Origin: an uncultured Alphaproteobacteria bacterium
Lineage (GTDB): Bacteria > Pseudomonadota > Alphaproteobacteria > HIMB59 > GCA-002718135
Direction of reading: 5' to 3'
NCBI GenBank assembly: GCA_902630465.1
Contig: CACOVJ010000003.1
Coordinates: 2,101 to 66,100, forward strand
DNA length: 64,000 nt
In this document: in pieces, positions 39,324 to 48,563 of the stretch
How the letters are laid out: each line of letters opens with the position of its first letter
Position numbering within the stretch: position 1 is the first letter of the stretch
The notes under the pieces: generated by a model
Database searches by the model: none
The model's input: only the letters and a program-made list of their open reading frames with translations
What the model was told of the DNA's origin: nothing
Position numbers and translations under genes: made by a program

Positions 39324-40071
39324 GGTCAGAATAATTCCCTGCTTGGACGTTAAAGATGGAAGAGTGGTGAAAGGAATTAATTTTTTAGATCTAGTTGATG
39401 CTGGAGACCCTGTAGAACAAGCTAAGCATTATTCTGAAAATGGAGCAGATGAGATATGCTTTCTAGATATTAGCGCTTCTCTTGAAAATAGAGACACAAT
39501 GATAAATGTTGTTAGAAAAACAGCTGAAGAGGTTTTTATTCCATTAACGGTTGGAGGAGGTATTTCCTCTTTAGATAATATTAAATCATTGTTAAAGGCA
39601 GGCGCAGATAAAATTTCTATAAATTCTTCTGCAATTAATAACCCAAATATAATAAAAAAATCATCAGAGTATTTTGGCAATCAATGTATTGTAGTTGCTG
39701 TAGATGCAAAAAAAAACAAGAATGATTGGTTTGTATATTCACATGGTGGCACAATAAATACAGGACTATTTGCTTTAGACTGGATTGAAAAGCTTCAAAA
39801 ATTAGGAGCGGGAGAAATATTATTAACATCAATGGATAAAGATGGAACAAAATCAGGTTTTGATTTAGATCTTTTAGCGAAAGTCTCTAAGATTTCTAAA
39901 ATACCAGTTATTGCAAGTGGTGGCGTAGGAAAGCTCCATCATTTCTATGATGGTGTAGTAAAAGGTAAAGCTGATGCTTTATTGGCAGCATCAGTCTTTC
40001 ATTTTAATGAAATCAGTATTAAAGAGGTTAAAGATTATTTAATAAAAAAAGATATTAAAATAAGAATATAG
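39316..40071 (+). CDS. hisF: imidazole glycerol phosphate synthase, cyclase subunit
   Basis: [22 protein letters not shown] and ASGG. Confidence 0.97.
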   Translation: MVKVRIIPCLDVKDGRVVKGINFLDLVDAGDPVEQAKHYSENGADEICFLDISASLENRDTMINVVRKTAEEVFIPLTVGGGISSLDNIKSLLKAGADKISINSSAINNPNIIKKSSEYFGNQCIVVAVDAKKNKNDWFVYSHGGTINTGLFALDWIEKLQKLGAGEILLTSMDKDGTKSGFDLDLLAKVSKISKIPVIASGGVGKLHHFYDGVVKGKADALLAASVFHFNEISIKEVKDYLIKKDIKIRI

Positions 40072-40075
40072 CTTT

Positions 40076-40348
40076 ATGAATATTGAGGAATTATTTAACA
40101 CAATAGAAAAAAGAATAAAGAATAAAACTAAGAGATCATATACAAACAAATTATTAAGACTAGGTCCAAAAAAAATTGCTCAAAAGTTTGGTGAAGAAAC
40201 GGCGGAGCTTATTATTGACTATTTAACTGGTTCAAAAAAAAGAACAATTGAGGAAGTTGCTGATGTGATTTATCATCTATTAGTTTTAATTAAATCTAAA
40301 GGAATTACAATTAACGATATAAACAAAGAGCTTGCTAAGAGAAAATAA
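40076..40348 (+). CDS. hisE: phosphoribosyl-ATP pyrophosphatase
   Basis: 90 aa. KIAQKFGEETAELI...EVADVIYHLLVL. Confidence 0.85.
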   Translation: MNIEELFNTIEKRIKNKTKRSYTNKLLRLGPKKIAQKFGEETAELIIDYLTGSKKRTIEEVADVIYHLLVLIKSKGITINDINKELAKRK

Positions 40349-40349
40349 A

Positions 40350-40700
40350 ATGTATGATGATAATAACGTTTTTGCTAAAATTTTACGAAACGAAATACCA
40401 TGTAATAAAGTTTATGAGGACGATTACTCACTTTTCTTTCATGACATTAATCCACAGGCAAAAATACATGTATTAGGTATTCCAAAAACTAAATGTGTTG
40501 ATTTTCTTGATTTTATTTCAAACTCAAACACAAAAAATGTATCAATTTTTTTTAACAATGTAAACATAGTTGTAGATAAGCTTAATGTTAGAGAATCTGG
40601 TTTTAGGATTATATCAAACTCAGGCATTAACGGGGGTCAAGAAGTATTTCATTTTCATATTCATATTTTAGCAGGTGAAAAAATAGGAGCTTTTAAATAA
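40350..40700 (+). CDS. HIT-family (HinT-like) nucleotide hydrolase
   Basis: Histidine triad HFHIHIL. Start moved to MYDDNNVFAKIL. Confidence 0.85.
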   Translation: MYDDNNVFAKILRNEIPCNKVYEDDYSLFFHDINPQAKIHVLGIPKTKCVDFLDFISNSNTKNVSIFFNNVNIVVDKLNVRESGFRIISNSGINGGQEVFHFHIHILAGEKIGAFK

Positions 40701-41303
40701 CTACTCTTTTACTATAACATAATTTACTATTTCTCTTACACCTTTGATACTTTTTAACGAATTAATCAAATCTTCCAATTGTTCAGGTCGTGATGTTATA
40801 CCTGCTACATATACCTTTCCCTTAATTGTTTCAAAGTTGTAAGCCATCGATCTAAGGCCTATGGTTTTAGCAGCTACTGCTTTTGCTTGGGTATTAATCC
40901 ATAAATCATTAGCATAATCTTTAATTGTTTCTCTGTTTCCAACTTCAATTTCGTTTATTACCTCTTTAACGCCTTCAACCTCCCAAACTAATCTTACTGC
41001 GTCAATTCTTACTTCTTGATTATCAACTAAACCAGTAAGCAAAATCCTACCTTCCAAAACAGTTGTGTTAATGTCGACAAATAGGTTATTTCCAGCGTTA
41101 AGAAATTTTGCTGCCACATTAACTTTAATTGTTGCATCATCAACAACAGCACCAAGAGACCTATCTCCTTCTGCAACTACCATTGCAGTACCACCACCAG
41201 TTGCTAGAATTCCAGAAGGGCTACAGCTGTAAATTAATCCTGTAACAACAAATAAAAAAGAAATTTTATATATTAATAAGATTTTTTTAAATTTAGAACC
41301 CAT
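40701..41303 (-). CDS. BON-domain lipoprotein (YraP/DolP-like)
   Basis: Lipobox LIYSC and two BON-like repeats (...VLEGRILLTGLV..., ...KGKVYVAGIT...). Confidence 0.7.
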   Translation of the reverse strand: MGSKFKKILLIYKISFLFVVTGLIYSCSPSGILATGGGTAMVVAEGDRSLGAVVDDATIKVNVAAKFLNAGNNLFVDINTTVLEGRILLTGLVDNQEVRIDAVRLVWEVEGVKEVINEIEVGNRETIKDYANDLWINTQAKAVAAKTIGLRSMAYNFETIKGKVYVAGITSRPEQLEDLINSLKSIKGVREIVNYVIVKE

Positions 41304-42121
41304 TTATATACTTTGTTTTTGGTTATTCCTGTAAATTTATGTACTATTTGAACGACGTCGGTCAAAGAAAATTTTAAAAGGAGTTTGTTAATTTCTGTTC
41401 TATAAACATCCAATTCTAAGGATTGTGTTCTTTTTTGTGATTTTCCTTCTATAACAACAACAAACTCTCCCCTTAAACTTTCATCACTTTTCGTTATTAT
41501 TTTCTTTAAATCATAACCTTTGCCTCTAAAAGTATTTTCGTTCATTTTGGTTAACTCTTTTGAGATGCTTACTGATCTTTCACCACATTCTTTTTCAGCG
41601 ATATCTAAAAAAATCCTTAATTTATGACTTGATAAAAAGAAAACGACAGTTTTATTTGAATCTTTAATTTTTTTAATAAAATTATTAATTTCATTTTTGT
41701 TTTTTGGAAAAAAACCCAAAAAACAAAATTCATTAATCGGTATTCCGGATAATTGTAGCGCAGGTATTATTGAGCTTGGACCTGGTACAGTAGTAATCTT
41801 TATACTATTTTTAATACAATGCTGTATTAATTTGAATCCAGGGTCCGAAATTAGAGGAGATCCTGCATCAGATATTAAAACAATCTTCTTGGAATACAAA
41901 TCTTTATCTATTTTTTGAATTATTAATTTTTCGTTATAATCATGCAAAGAAATTAATTTCTTTTTAATGCCTAATTTATTTAGTAGTTTAAGAGAATGTT
42001 TAGGGTTTTCACAAAGTATCAAGTCAGATCCGTTAATGACTTCGATTGCACGTTCTGATATGTCTTGTAAATTACCAATTGGTGTTGCAACAATAGTTAT
42101 ACCAAGATCAATTTTATTCAT
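41273..42121 (-). CDS. rsmI: 16S rRNA (cytidine1402-2'-O)-methyltransferase
   Basis: ITIVATPIGNLQDISERAIEVI and the tetrapyrrole-methylase fold pattern. Confidence 0.85.
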   Translation of the reverse strand: MNKIDLGITIVATPIGNLQDISERAIEVINGSDLILCENPKHSLKLLNKLGIKKKLISLHDYNEKLIIQKIDKDLYSKKIVLISDAGSPLISDPGFKLIQHCIKNSIKITTVPGPSSIIPALQLSGIPINEFCFLGFFPKNKNEINNFIKKIKDSNKTVVFFLSSHKLRIFLDIAEKECGERSVSISKELTKMNENTFRGKGYDLKKIITKSDESLRGEFVVVIEGKSQKRTQSLELDVYRTEINKLLLKFSLTDVVQIVHKFTGITKNKVYKWVLNLKKSY

Positions 42122-43379
42122 ATTTATTTTTATCTATTCTTGTACCTCAATTGATATTTCAACACAATCTGAACAATCTTCTGAACAAGATATAATAAAT
42201 GAACAAAAAGTCACAACAAATAAAGAACAACCAATAGAAAAAATAAATAGTATAGTAACTGAAGAAAAAAATAATATAATTATTGATACTGAAATAAGTA
42301 AAGAGGTGATAATATTATTTTCTAATAAGAGTAAAGAAAATTTTACTAAACAATTCATCAATGTTCTTGAACTTGCTACTTATAATAAAAAACTATCAGA
42401 CGTCTCTTTTAATTTAATATTTTTTGATAATGAAGATGAGTTAATAAAAATAATATCTGAACCTGAACAAAAGGGAAAAATTTTTATTGGTCCATTAGAA
42501 ACAAACTACACAGAAATTGCTAAAAATTTTTGCGATAGAAGATTTATATTCTTTGCCTTTTCTGCAGATAGTGAACTTGCAGAAAAATGTATCTATCTAA
42601 TAAACTTTTTTCCAAAAAATGAATTAGAACAATTACTTTCTTCATTGAATAACAAATCTAAAGTAGCACTGCTTTATCCAGAAAATATTTATGGATATAA
42701 GATCAATGGAATGATTGATGAAGTTATAAATCAAAGTGATGCTATTCTTATAAATAGATCCTCATACAAAAATGATTTATCAAATGTAAGAGATGCAATA
42801 AAAGAACTGGGTAAATATGAGCTTAGAAAATATGAACTTGAGAGACAAAAGCAAATTCTTTTAACAAAAAATGATAAAGAATCAAAAAAAAGACTAGAGA
42901 AATTGCGTAAATTTAAAACAACAAAAGATTACGATTTTACACATATCTTGTTGGCCGACTATGGAATAAATCTACTTCAAGTTGCGCCATTATTGCCGTA
43001 TTATGATATAGATCCAAACGTGATTCAGTTTATGAGCACTGGTGTAATTGATGACAAAAATTTTTTTTTAGAACCCTCTTTGCAGGGAACAATATTTCCT
43101 GGGATTGAAAAATCAAAAAGATCACAGCTAATGAATGAGTATTTGAAAATATATAATGAAAATATGTTGCGAATATCAACTTTGCCTTATGATTTAGTCG
43201 GTATATTAGATTACATTTATTCTAAAAAATTAACTTATAATCAGGCCTTGGAATTACTCAATAGTTCTAAAATTAAATTTAATGGCATTGATGGTGAATT
43301 TTATTTCAAAAACAATGTTATTGAAAGAGAGCTTGACATATTAGAGATATCAAATGGATATGCAAACAAGATCAATTAG
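42060..43379 (+). CDS. LpoA-like penicillin-binding-protein activator / periplasmic-binding-fold lipoprotein
   Basis: Lipobox FIYSC. Type-I periplasmic-binding-protein-like body (VALLYPENIYG...). Divergent from rsmI, as in E. coli yraL/lpoA. The start is uncertain (track 41967; I prefer M32 at 42060). Confidence 0.55.
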   Translation: MSCKLPIGVATIVIPRSILFIFIFIYSCTSIDISTQSEQSSEQDIINEQKVTTNKEQPIEKINSIVTEEKNNIIIDTEISKEVIILFSNKSKENFTKQFINVLELATYNKKLSDVSFNLIFFDNEDELIKIISEPEQKGKIFIGPLETNYTEIAKNFCDRRFIFFAFSADSELAEKCIYLINFFPKNELEQLLSSLNNKSKVALLYPENIYGYKINGMIDEVINQSDAILINRSSYKNDLSNVRDAIKELGKYELRKYELERQKQILLTKNDKESKKRLEKLRKFKTTKDYDFTHILLADYGINLLQVAPLLPYYDIDPNVIQFMSTGVIDDKNFFLEPSLQGTIFPGIEKSKRSQLMNEYLKIYNENMLRISTLPYDLVGILDYIYSKKLTYNQALELLNSSKIKFNGIDGEFYFKNNVIERELDILEISNGYANKIN

Positions 43380-43983
43380 CTAAAAAGTTCATCAATTTAT
43401 TTATTGCAATAGATCTGTGGCTTATATTGTTTTTTTTAATTTTGCTAAATTCACCGAAAGTTTGTGAATATCCGCTAGGTATGAAAATAGGATCGTATCC
43501 AAAACCACCTTTACCTTTTGCATATTTTGATATTGTCCCTTTTATATTTCCTTCAAAAACAATATGATAATTAAATTTTGTTGTTAAACAAATTGAGGTC
43601 TTGAAATATGCTTTATTCTTTCCTGTATCCTGAACTTTACTAAAAATATATTTGAAGCATTCATTTTCATTTTCAAAATTACTTAAAAATTTTCTAGAAG
43701 ATATACCAGGTTTCCAATTCAATGCTTCAATACAAATTCCAGAGTCATCAGCAAAACTAGGAATTTGAGATCTTTGAAAACCAAACGAAGACTTAATTTT
43801 TGCATTCTCAGCGAAAGAAGATCCCACTTCTTTTGGTTCATATAAAATATTCAAGTCATTTGGACAAAAAATTTCGATTGATAACTGATTTAAAAGTTTT
43901 TTAACTTCACCAATCTTATTATTATTATTTGAAAAGAACAAAATTTTTTTCAATTTATAAAAGCACCTTTTTTTGTAGTTCAA
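43372..43983 (-). CDS. rdgB: non-canonical purine NTP pyrophosphatase RdgB/HAM1
   Basis: FGYDPIF, SHR and GNKGK-like NNNKIGE. A TTG at 43953 (MKKILFFS) would remove the 29-nt overlap with rph. Confidence 0.85.
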   Translation of the reverse strand: MNYKKRCFYKLKKILFFSNNNNKIGEVKKLLNQLSIEIFCPNDLNILYEPKEVGSSFAENAKIKSSFGFQRSQIPSFADDSGICIEALNWKPGISSRKFLSNFENENECFKYIFSKVQDTGKNKAYFKTSICLTTKFNYHIVFEGNIKGTISKYAKGKGGFGYDPIFIPSGYSQTFGEFSKIKKNNISHRSIAINKLMNFLAN

Positions 43984-44665
43984 TTATTTCTTTTATGCCT
44001 TTTTTTGCCAAACTAAACATATTATGAAATTGGTCGTCGCTGAAAAAAAATTCTTCGCCAGTAACTTGAATTTCAGATATTTCACCTGTGTCACATATGA
44101 CAAAGTTTGCATCTACTTGAGCTTTAGAATCTTCTTGATAGTCTAAGTCTAAGAGAGGCTTATTATCAATTATGCCAGTTGAAACAGCACCGATATAATT
44201 TTTTATTATAGGTTTTTGAATATTATAATTATTCTTTATTTTTTCAATCGCCAGATACAAAGATACAAAGCCGCCGCTAATTGATGCCGTTCTAGTTCCA
44301 CCATCTGCTTGAATAACATCGCAGTCAATTTTAATCTGTCTTTCTCCAAGGTTTGACAAGTTTACTATTGATCTTAGACTTCTACCAATTAAACGTTGAA
44401 TTTCTTGAGTTCTGCCTGATTGCTTTCCTTTTGTGGCCTCTCTATCCATGCGTGAATTTGTAGATCTTGGAAGCATACCATATTCCGCTGTAATCCAACC
44501 TTTTCCTGTATTTTTTAACCAGTGAGGCACTTTTTCATCTATTGAAGCAAGACAAAGTACTTGAGTATTTCCAAATTTTACAAGACAAGACCCATCTGCA
44601 TGAATGTTAACATCTTTTTCAAATGAAATACTGCGCATTTCATTGAACATCCTATCTTTTCTCAT
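43955..44665 (-). CDS. rph: ribonuclease PH
   Basis: ADGSCLVKFGNTQVL, GRTQEIQRLIGRSLR and DCDVIQADGGTRTA. Confidence 0.95.
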   Translation of the reverse strand: MRKDRMFNEMRSISFEKDVNIHADGSCLVKFGNTQVLCLASIDEKVPHWLKNTGKGWITAEYGMLPRSTNSRMDREATKGKQSGRTQEIQRLIGRSLRSIVNLSNLGERQIKIDCDVIQADGGTRTASISGGFVSLYLAIEKIKNNYNIQKPIIKNYIGAVSTGIIDNKPLLDLDYQEDSKAQVDANFVICDTGEISEIQVTGEEFFFSDDQFHNMFSLAKKGIKEIIELQKKVLL

Positions 44666-44714
44666 TTAAATTTAATAATAGTAGATAAAAATTTATTTTA
44701 AACAATAAATTAAT

Positions 44715-45761
44715 ATGGCTGATAATTTATATACAGAATTGAATGATAGGTCTAAATTAATTTTTAAAAAATTAGTTGAGTCTTATCTTAAAACAGGCTT
44801 CCCAGCTGGTTCAGAGACAATTATGAGAATGGGTGGTTTAAATTTGTCTTCTGCATCAATTAGATCAATACTTTCAGATTTACAAAAAGAGGGCTTGTTG
44901 TTTGCCCCCCACAGGTCTGCAGGTAGAATGCCAACTGAAAAGGGAATGAGATTTTTTGTTGATGGACTATTAGAGTTTGGAAGAATTTCTAAAACAGATA
45001 AAGAAAATATTAAACAACAGTGTTCAACAAAAGGCAAGTCATATGAAGAGGTTTTGGACGTAGCCTCTAAAGCAATATCTGGATTATCAAATTATGCCGG
45101 TATTGTTATTGCTCCAAAATTTCAAAAGAACCTAAAGCATCTAGAATTCATTAGATTAAATGATACCCAATTAATGCTAATACTCGCTTATGAAAACGGT
45201 GAGGTTGAAAACAGAATTATCGAGGATAATGGCAAATATAATAATTCTTTACTAATTCAAGCTTCAAATTATTTAACTTCAAAATTCACAAATAAGAACA
45301 TATCTCAAATCAAGAGATTAATACAATCTGAAATTAAAAAGTCACAAAGTCAATTAGAGGTAATTTCTACAAAATTAGTACAACAGGGTATTATCGAAAA
45401 TCCTCCTGATGTTAAAAACCCATATATTTTTTTACATGGTCAATCAAATTTGTTAAAAGATGAAATAATATCTAAAGACCTTGATCAAATAAGAAATCTT
45501 TTCGATGATATAGAAAGAAAATCAAGTTTTGTTGAAATTTTAGAAAATGCTGGTAAGGCAAAAGGGGTACAAATTTTTATTGGATCTAAAAATTTTTTAT
45601 TTAAACACTCTGGTCTTTCTATGGTAATGGCCCCATATAAAAATAATAATCAAGAGATTATCGGTGCTATAGGAGTAGTTGGCCCAACTAGACTTAATTA
45701 TTCCAAAATAGTTCCCCTTGTTGATTATACTTCAAAAATCATTGGAAAGGTGATTGAATAA
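44715..45761 (+). CDS. hrcA: heat-inducible transcription repressor HrcA
   Basis: N-terminal wHTH pattern LNDRSKLIFKKLVESYLKTGFPAGSE. 348 aa. hrcA-grpE order. Confidence 0.9.
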   Translation: MADNLYTELNDRSKLIFKKLVESYLKTGFPAGSETIMRMGGLNLSSASIRSILSDLQKEGLLFAPHRSAGRMPTEKGMRFFVDGLLEFGRISKTDKENIKQQCSTKGKSYEEVLDVASKAISGLSNYAGIVIAPKFQKNLKHLEFIRLNDTQLMLILAYENGEVENRIIEDNGKYNNSLLIQASNYLTSKFTNKNISQIKRLIQSEIKKSQSQLEVISTKLVQQGIIENPPDVKNPYIFLHGQSNLLKDEIISKDLDQIRNLFDDIERKSSFVEILENAGKAKGVQIFIGSKNFLFKHSGLSMVMAPYKNNNQEIIGAIGVVGPTRLNYSKIVPLVDYTSKIIGKVIE

Positions 45762-46459
45762 TGGTTGAAAACGAAGAAAAGGATCAAAACGAAAACATTA
45801 AAACAGATAGCTCTTCTGATCAAACTTGTTCAATTTGTGAAGGGCAAGGTTGTGAATGTGCGCAAAGTGACGATAATCAAAAAAATATAGATAAAGAGGA
45901 AGAACATAACTCAGAAGAGAATAATAATACCGAAGAAAATAAGTTAGAAGAAGAAATTGAGGTAGTCAAAGAAGAAAAAATAAGACTCCTAGCAGAAATG
46001 GAAAATCTTAGAAAAAGATTTGAAAGAGAAAAAGTCGAAACTATTAAGTTTGGGAGTATTAACCTTGCTAGAGATATTTTATCCCTTGCTGACAACTTAG
46101 AAAGGGCTTTAAGCGCATTACCGGAGAAAGAGGAATATTCTCAAAATATAAAAAATTTAGTTGAAGGCCTAAATATGGTTTTAAAAGAATTTAAAAACAT
46201 TCTTGAAAGACATGGTGTTAAAAAAATTGAGGCTATGGACAAAAAATTTGATCACAATTTTCACCAAGCAATGATGGAAGTTGAAAGAGAAGATATAGAA
46301 GAAGGAACTGTGGTTCAAGAAGTTCAATCAGGATATATAATGCATGACAGACTCCTTCGTGCGGCTATGGTTGGAGTTTCAAAAAAACCAGCTAATAATT
46401 CAGACAATGATGAAAATAACAAAACCAACGAAGATAAACCTAAAAAATCAAAATTATAA
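45761..46459 (+). CDS. grpE: nucleotide exchange factor GrpE (with unusual Cys-rich N-terminal extension)
   Basis: RLLAEMENLRKRFEREK and the C-terminal beta domain. TAATG coupling to hrcA. Confidence 0.9.
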   Translation: MVENEEKDQNENIKTDSSSDQTCSICEGQGCECAQSDDNQKNIDKEEEHNSEENNNTEENKLEEEIEVVKEEKIRLLAEMENLRKRFEREKVETIKFGSINLARDILSLADNLERALSALPEKEEYSQNIKNLVEGLNMVLKEFKNILERHGVKKIEAMDKKFDHNFHQAMMEVEREDIEEGTVVQEVQSGYIMHDRLLRAAMVGVSKKPANNSDNDENNKTNEDKPKKSKL

Positions 46460-46532
46460 AAATAATAATTAGTTAAAAACACTTAAAAATCTCACGAAAA
46501 CGTAGATAATTCAAATATATTACCTGTCAATC

Positions 46533-46562
46533 CTTGTATTTTAGAACTTTTTTCCCATATTT
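46533..46562 (+). promoter_or_regulatory. putative sigma-32-type heat-shock promoter of dnaKJ (CTTGTA-N15-CCCATATTT)
   Basis: Compare the E. coli sigma-32 consensus CTTGAA-N13-17-CCCCATNT. It lies ~50 nt upstream of the dnaK ATG, which has the SD AAAGAGGA. Confidence 0.45.
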
Positions 46563-46612
46563 ATTGTAGTCACACAATGTAGACAAAAATAAACTAAAGA
46601 GGATTATTAAAT

Positions 46613-48535
46613 ATGGCGAAAGTAATTGGTATTGATTTAGGTACTACAAACTCTTGCGTTGCAGTAATGGACGGAAAAGAGGCAAAAGTAATTGAAAACT
46701 CAGAGGGTGGAAGAACAACTCCATCAATGGTTGCGTTCACTGATACTAGTGAGAAACTAGTTGGACAATCTGCAAAAAGACAAGCAGTAACTAACTCTGA
46801 AAATACTCTCTTCGCTATTAAAAGATTAATTGGAAGAACTTTTGAAGATAAAAATGTTAAATCAGACAGCGGTCTTGTACCATACAAAATAGTCAAAGGT
46901 GACAACGGCGATGCTTGGGTGGAGTCTAGAGGTGAAAAATACAGTCCAAGCCAAATTAGTGCATTTATACTTCAAAAAATGAAAGAGACAGCCGAGTCAT
47001 ATCTTGGCGAAACCGTAACTCAAGCTGTTATTACTGTACCAGCTTATTTCAATGATGCTCAAAGACAAGCCACTAAAGACGCAGGCAAAATTGCTGGATT
47101 AGAAGTTCTTAGAATTATTAATGAACCTACCGCTGCCGCACTTGCTTATGGTTTAGATAAAAAGAAAACTGGAACCGTAGCTGTTTATGATCTTGGTGGT
47201 GGTACTTTTGATATCTCTATTCTAGAAATTGGAGATGGTGTTTTTGAAGTTAAGTCCACAAATGGTGATACACATTTAGGTGGTGAAGATTTTGATTTGA
47301 AGATTATTGATTATCTTGCCGATGAATTTAAAAAAGATAATGGTATAGATTTACGTTCAGATAAACTGGCTTTACAAAGACTTAAAGAGGCTGCTGAAAA
47401 GGCTAAAATTGAACTTTCAAGCTCAACTGAAACTGAAGTTAACTTACCATTCATTACTGCTGACCAATCTGGCCCTAAACACCTTACAATAAAACTTTCA
47501 AGAGCTAAGCTAGAAGCAATTGTTGGTGAGCTTTTAAACCAAAGTTTAAAACCATGTGAGATGGCACTAAAAGATGCTGGTTTACAAGCGGCTGAAATAG
47601 ATGATGTAATTTTAGTTGGCGGTATGACAAGAATGCCAAAAGTTACAGAGATTGTTAAAAACTTTTTTGGCAAGGAACCTAACAAAGGAGTTAATCCTGA
47701 TGAAGTTGTTGCTTCTGGAGCAGCCATACAAGCAGGTGTTCTACAAGGAGATGTCAAAGATGTACTTCTTTTAGATGTTACTCCTCTCTCACTGGGTATT
47801 GAAACTTTGGGTGGAGTTTTTACAAGACTAATCGAAAAGAATACTACTATCCCAACGAAGAAAAGCCAAGTATTCTCAACTGCAGAAGACAATCAAAGCG
47901 CAGTTACCATTAGAGTGTTTCAAGGTGAAAGAGAAATGGCTGCTGACAATAAATTACTTGGGCAATTTGATTTAGTTGGAATTCCACCAGCGCCAAGAGG
48001 TATGCCTCAAATTGAGGTTACTTTTGATATTGACGCCAACGGAATAGTAAATGTTTCAGCAAAAGACAAATCAACAGGTAAAGAACAGCAAATAAAAATT
48101 CAAGCCTCCGGTGGTTTATCAGATGATGAAATAGAAAGAATGGTAAAGGAAGCTGAGGAAAATGCTGAAGCTGACAAAAAGAAAAGAGAATCTGTTGATA
48201 CAAGAAATCATGCTGATAGTTTAATCAATGAAACTGAAAAAAATTTAAAAGAGCATGGTGATAAAATTCCTGAAGCTGATAAAAATAAAATCACAGAAGA
48301 TATTGAAGAACTCAAAAAAGTAAAAGACGGAGAGGATTTAGAAGCCATAAAATCTAAAACTGAAGCATTAGTGCAATCATCTTTAAAAATGGGTGAGGCA
48401 ATTTATAAACAAAACCCGCAAGGTGCTGGACCTCAACCAGACCCATCTGGTGCTGAACCATCTGCAGACAATGCAAAAGATGAAAAAGTTGTAGATGCTG
48501 AGTTCGAAGAAGTAGACGAAGACAAAAAAGATTAA
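46613..48535 (+). CDS. dnaK: chaperone DnaK (Hsp70)
   Basis: [17 protein letters not shown] and the EEVD-like C-terminus. Confidence 0.99.
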   Translation: MAKVIGIDLGTTNSCVAVMDGKEAKVIENSEGGRTTPSMVAFTDTSEKLVGQSAKRQAVTNSENTLFAIKRLIGRTFEDKNVKSDSGLVPYKIVKGDNGDAWVESRGEKYSPSQISAFILQKMKETAESYLGETVTQAVITVPAYFNDAQRQATKDAGKIAGLEVLRIINEPTAAALAYGLDKKKTGTVAVYDLGGGTFDISILEIGDGVFEVKSTNGDTHLGGEDFDLKIIDYLADEFKKDNGIDLRSDKLALQRLKEAAEKAKIELSSSTETEVNLPFITADQSGPKHLTIKLSRAKLEAIVGELLNQSLKPCEMALKDAGLQAAEIDDVILVGGMTRMPKVTEIVKNFFGKEPNKGVNPDEVVASGAAIQAGVLQGDVKDVLLLDVTPLSLGIETLGGVFTRLIEKNTTIPTKKSQVFSTAEDNQSAVTIRVFQGEREMAADNKLLGQFDLVGIPPAPRGMPQIEVTFDIDANGIVNVSAKDKSTGKEQQIKIQASGGLSDDEIERMVKEAEENAEADKKKRESVDTRNHADSLINETEKNLKEHGDKIPEADKNKITEDIEELKKVKDGEDLEAIKSKTEALVQSSLKMGEAIYKQNPQGAGPQPDPSGAEPSADNAKDEKVVDAEFEEVDEDKKD

Positions 48536-48563
48536 CGCTCCATAATTTTTTTAAGGAGGAGAA

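Noticed and set aside
41967-42059. Longest-ORF start of the LpoA-like gene, which would give a 155-nt head-to-head overlap with rsmI.
   Set aside because: The first 31 codons do not resemble a signal-peptide n-region. The Met at 42060 gives a plausible lipoprotein signal, although a shorter overlap still remains.
44666-44714. Searched for a CIRCE inverted repeat (TTAGCACTC-N9-GAGTGCTAA) upstream of hrcA-grpE, and also at 46460-46612 upstream of dnaK.
   Set aside because: No match by eye. HrcA targets are presumably elsewhere, for example at groESL.
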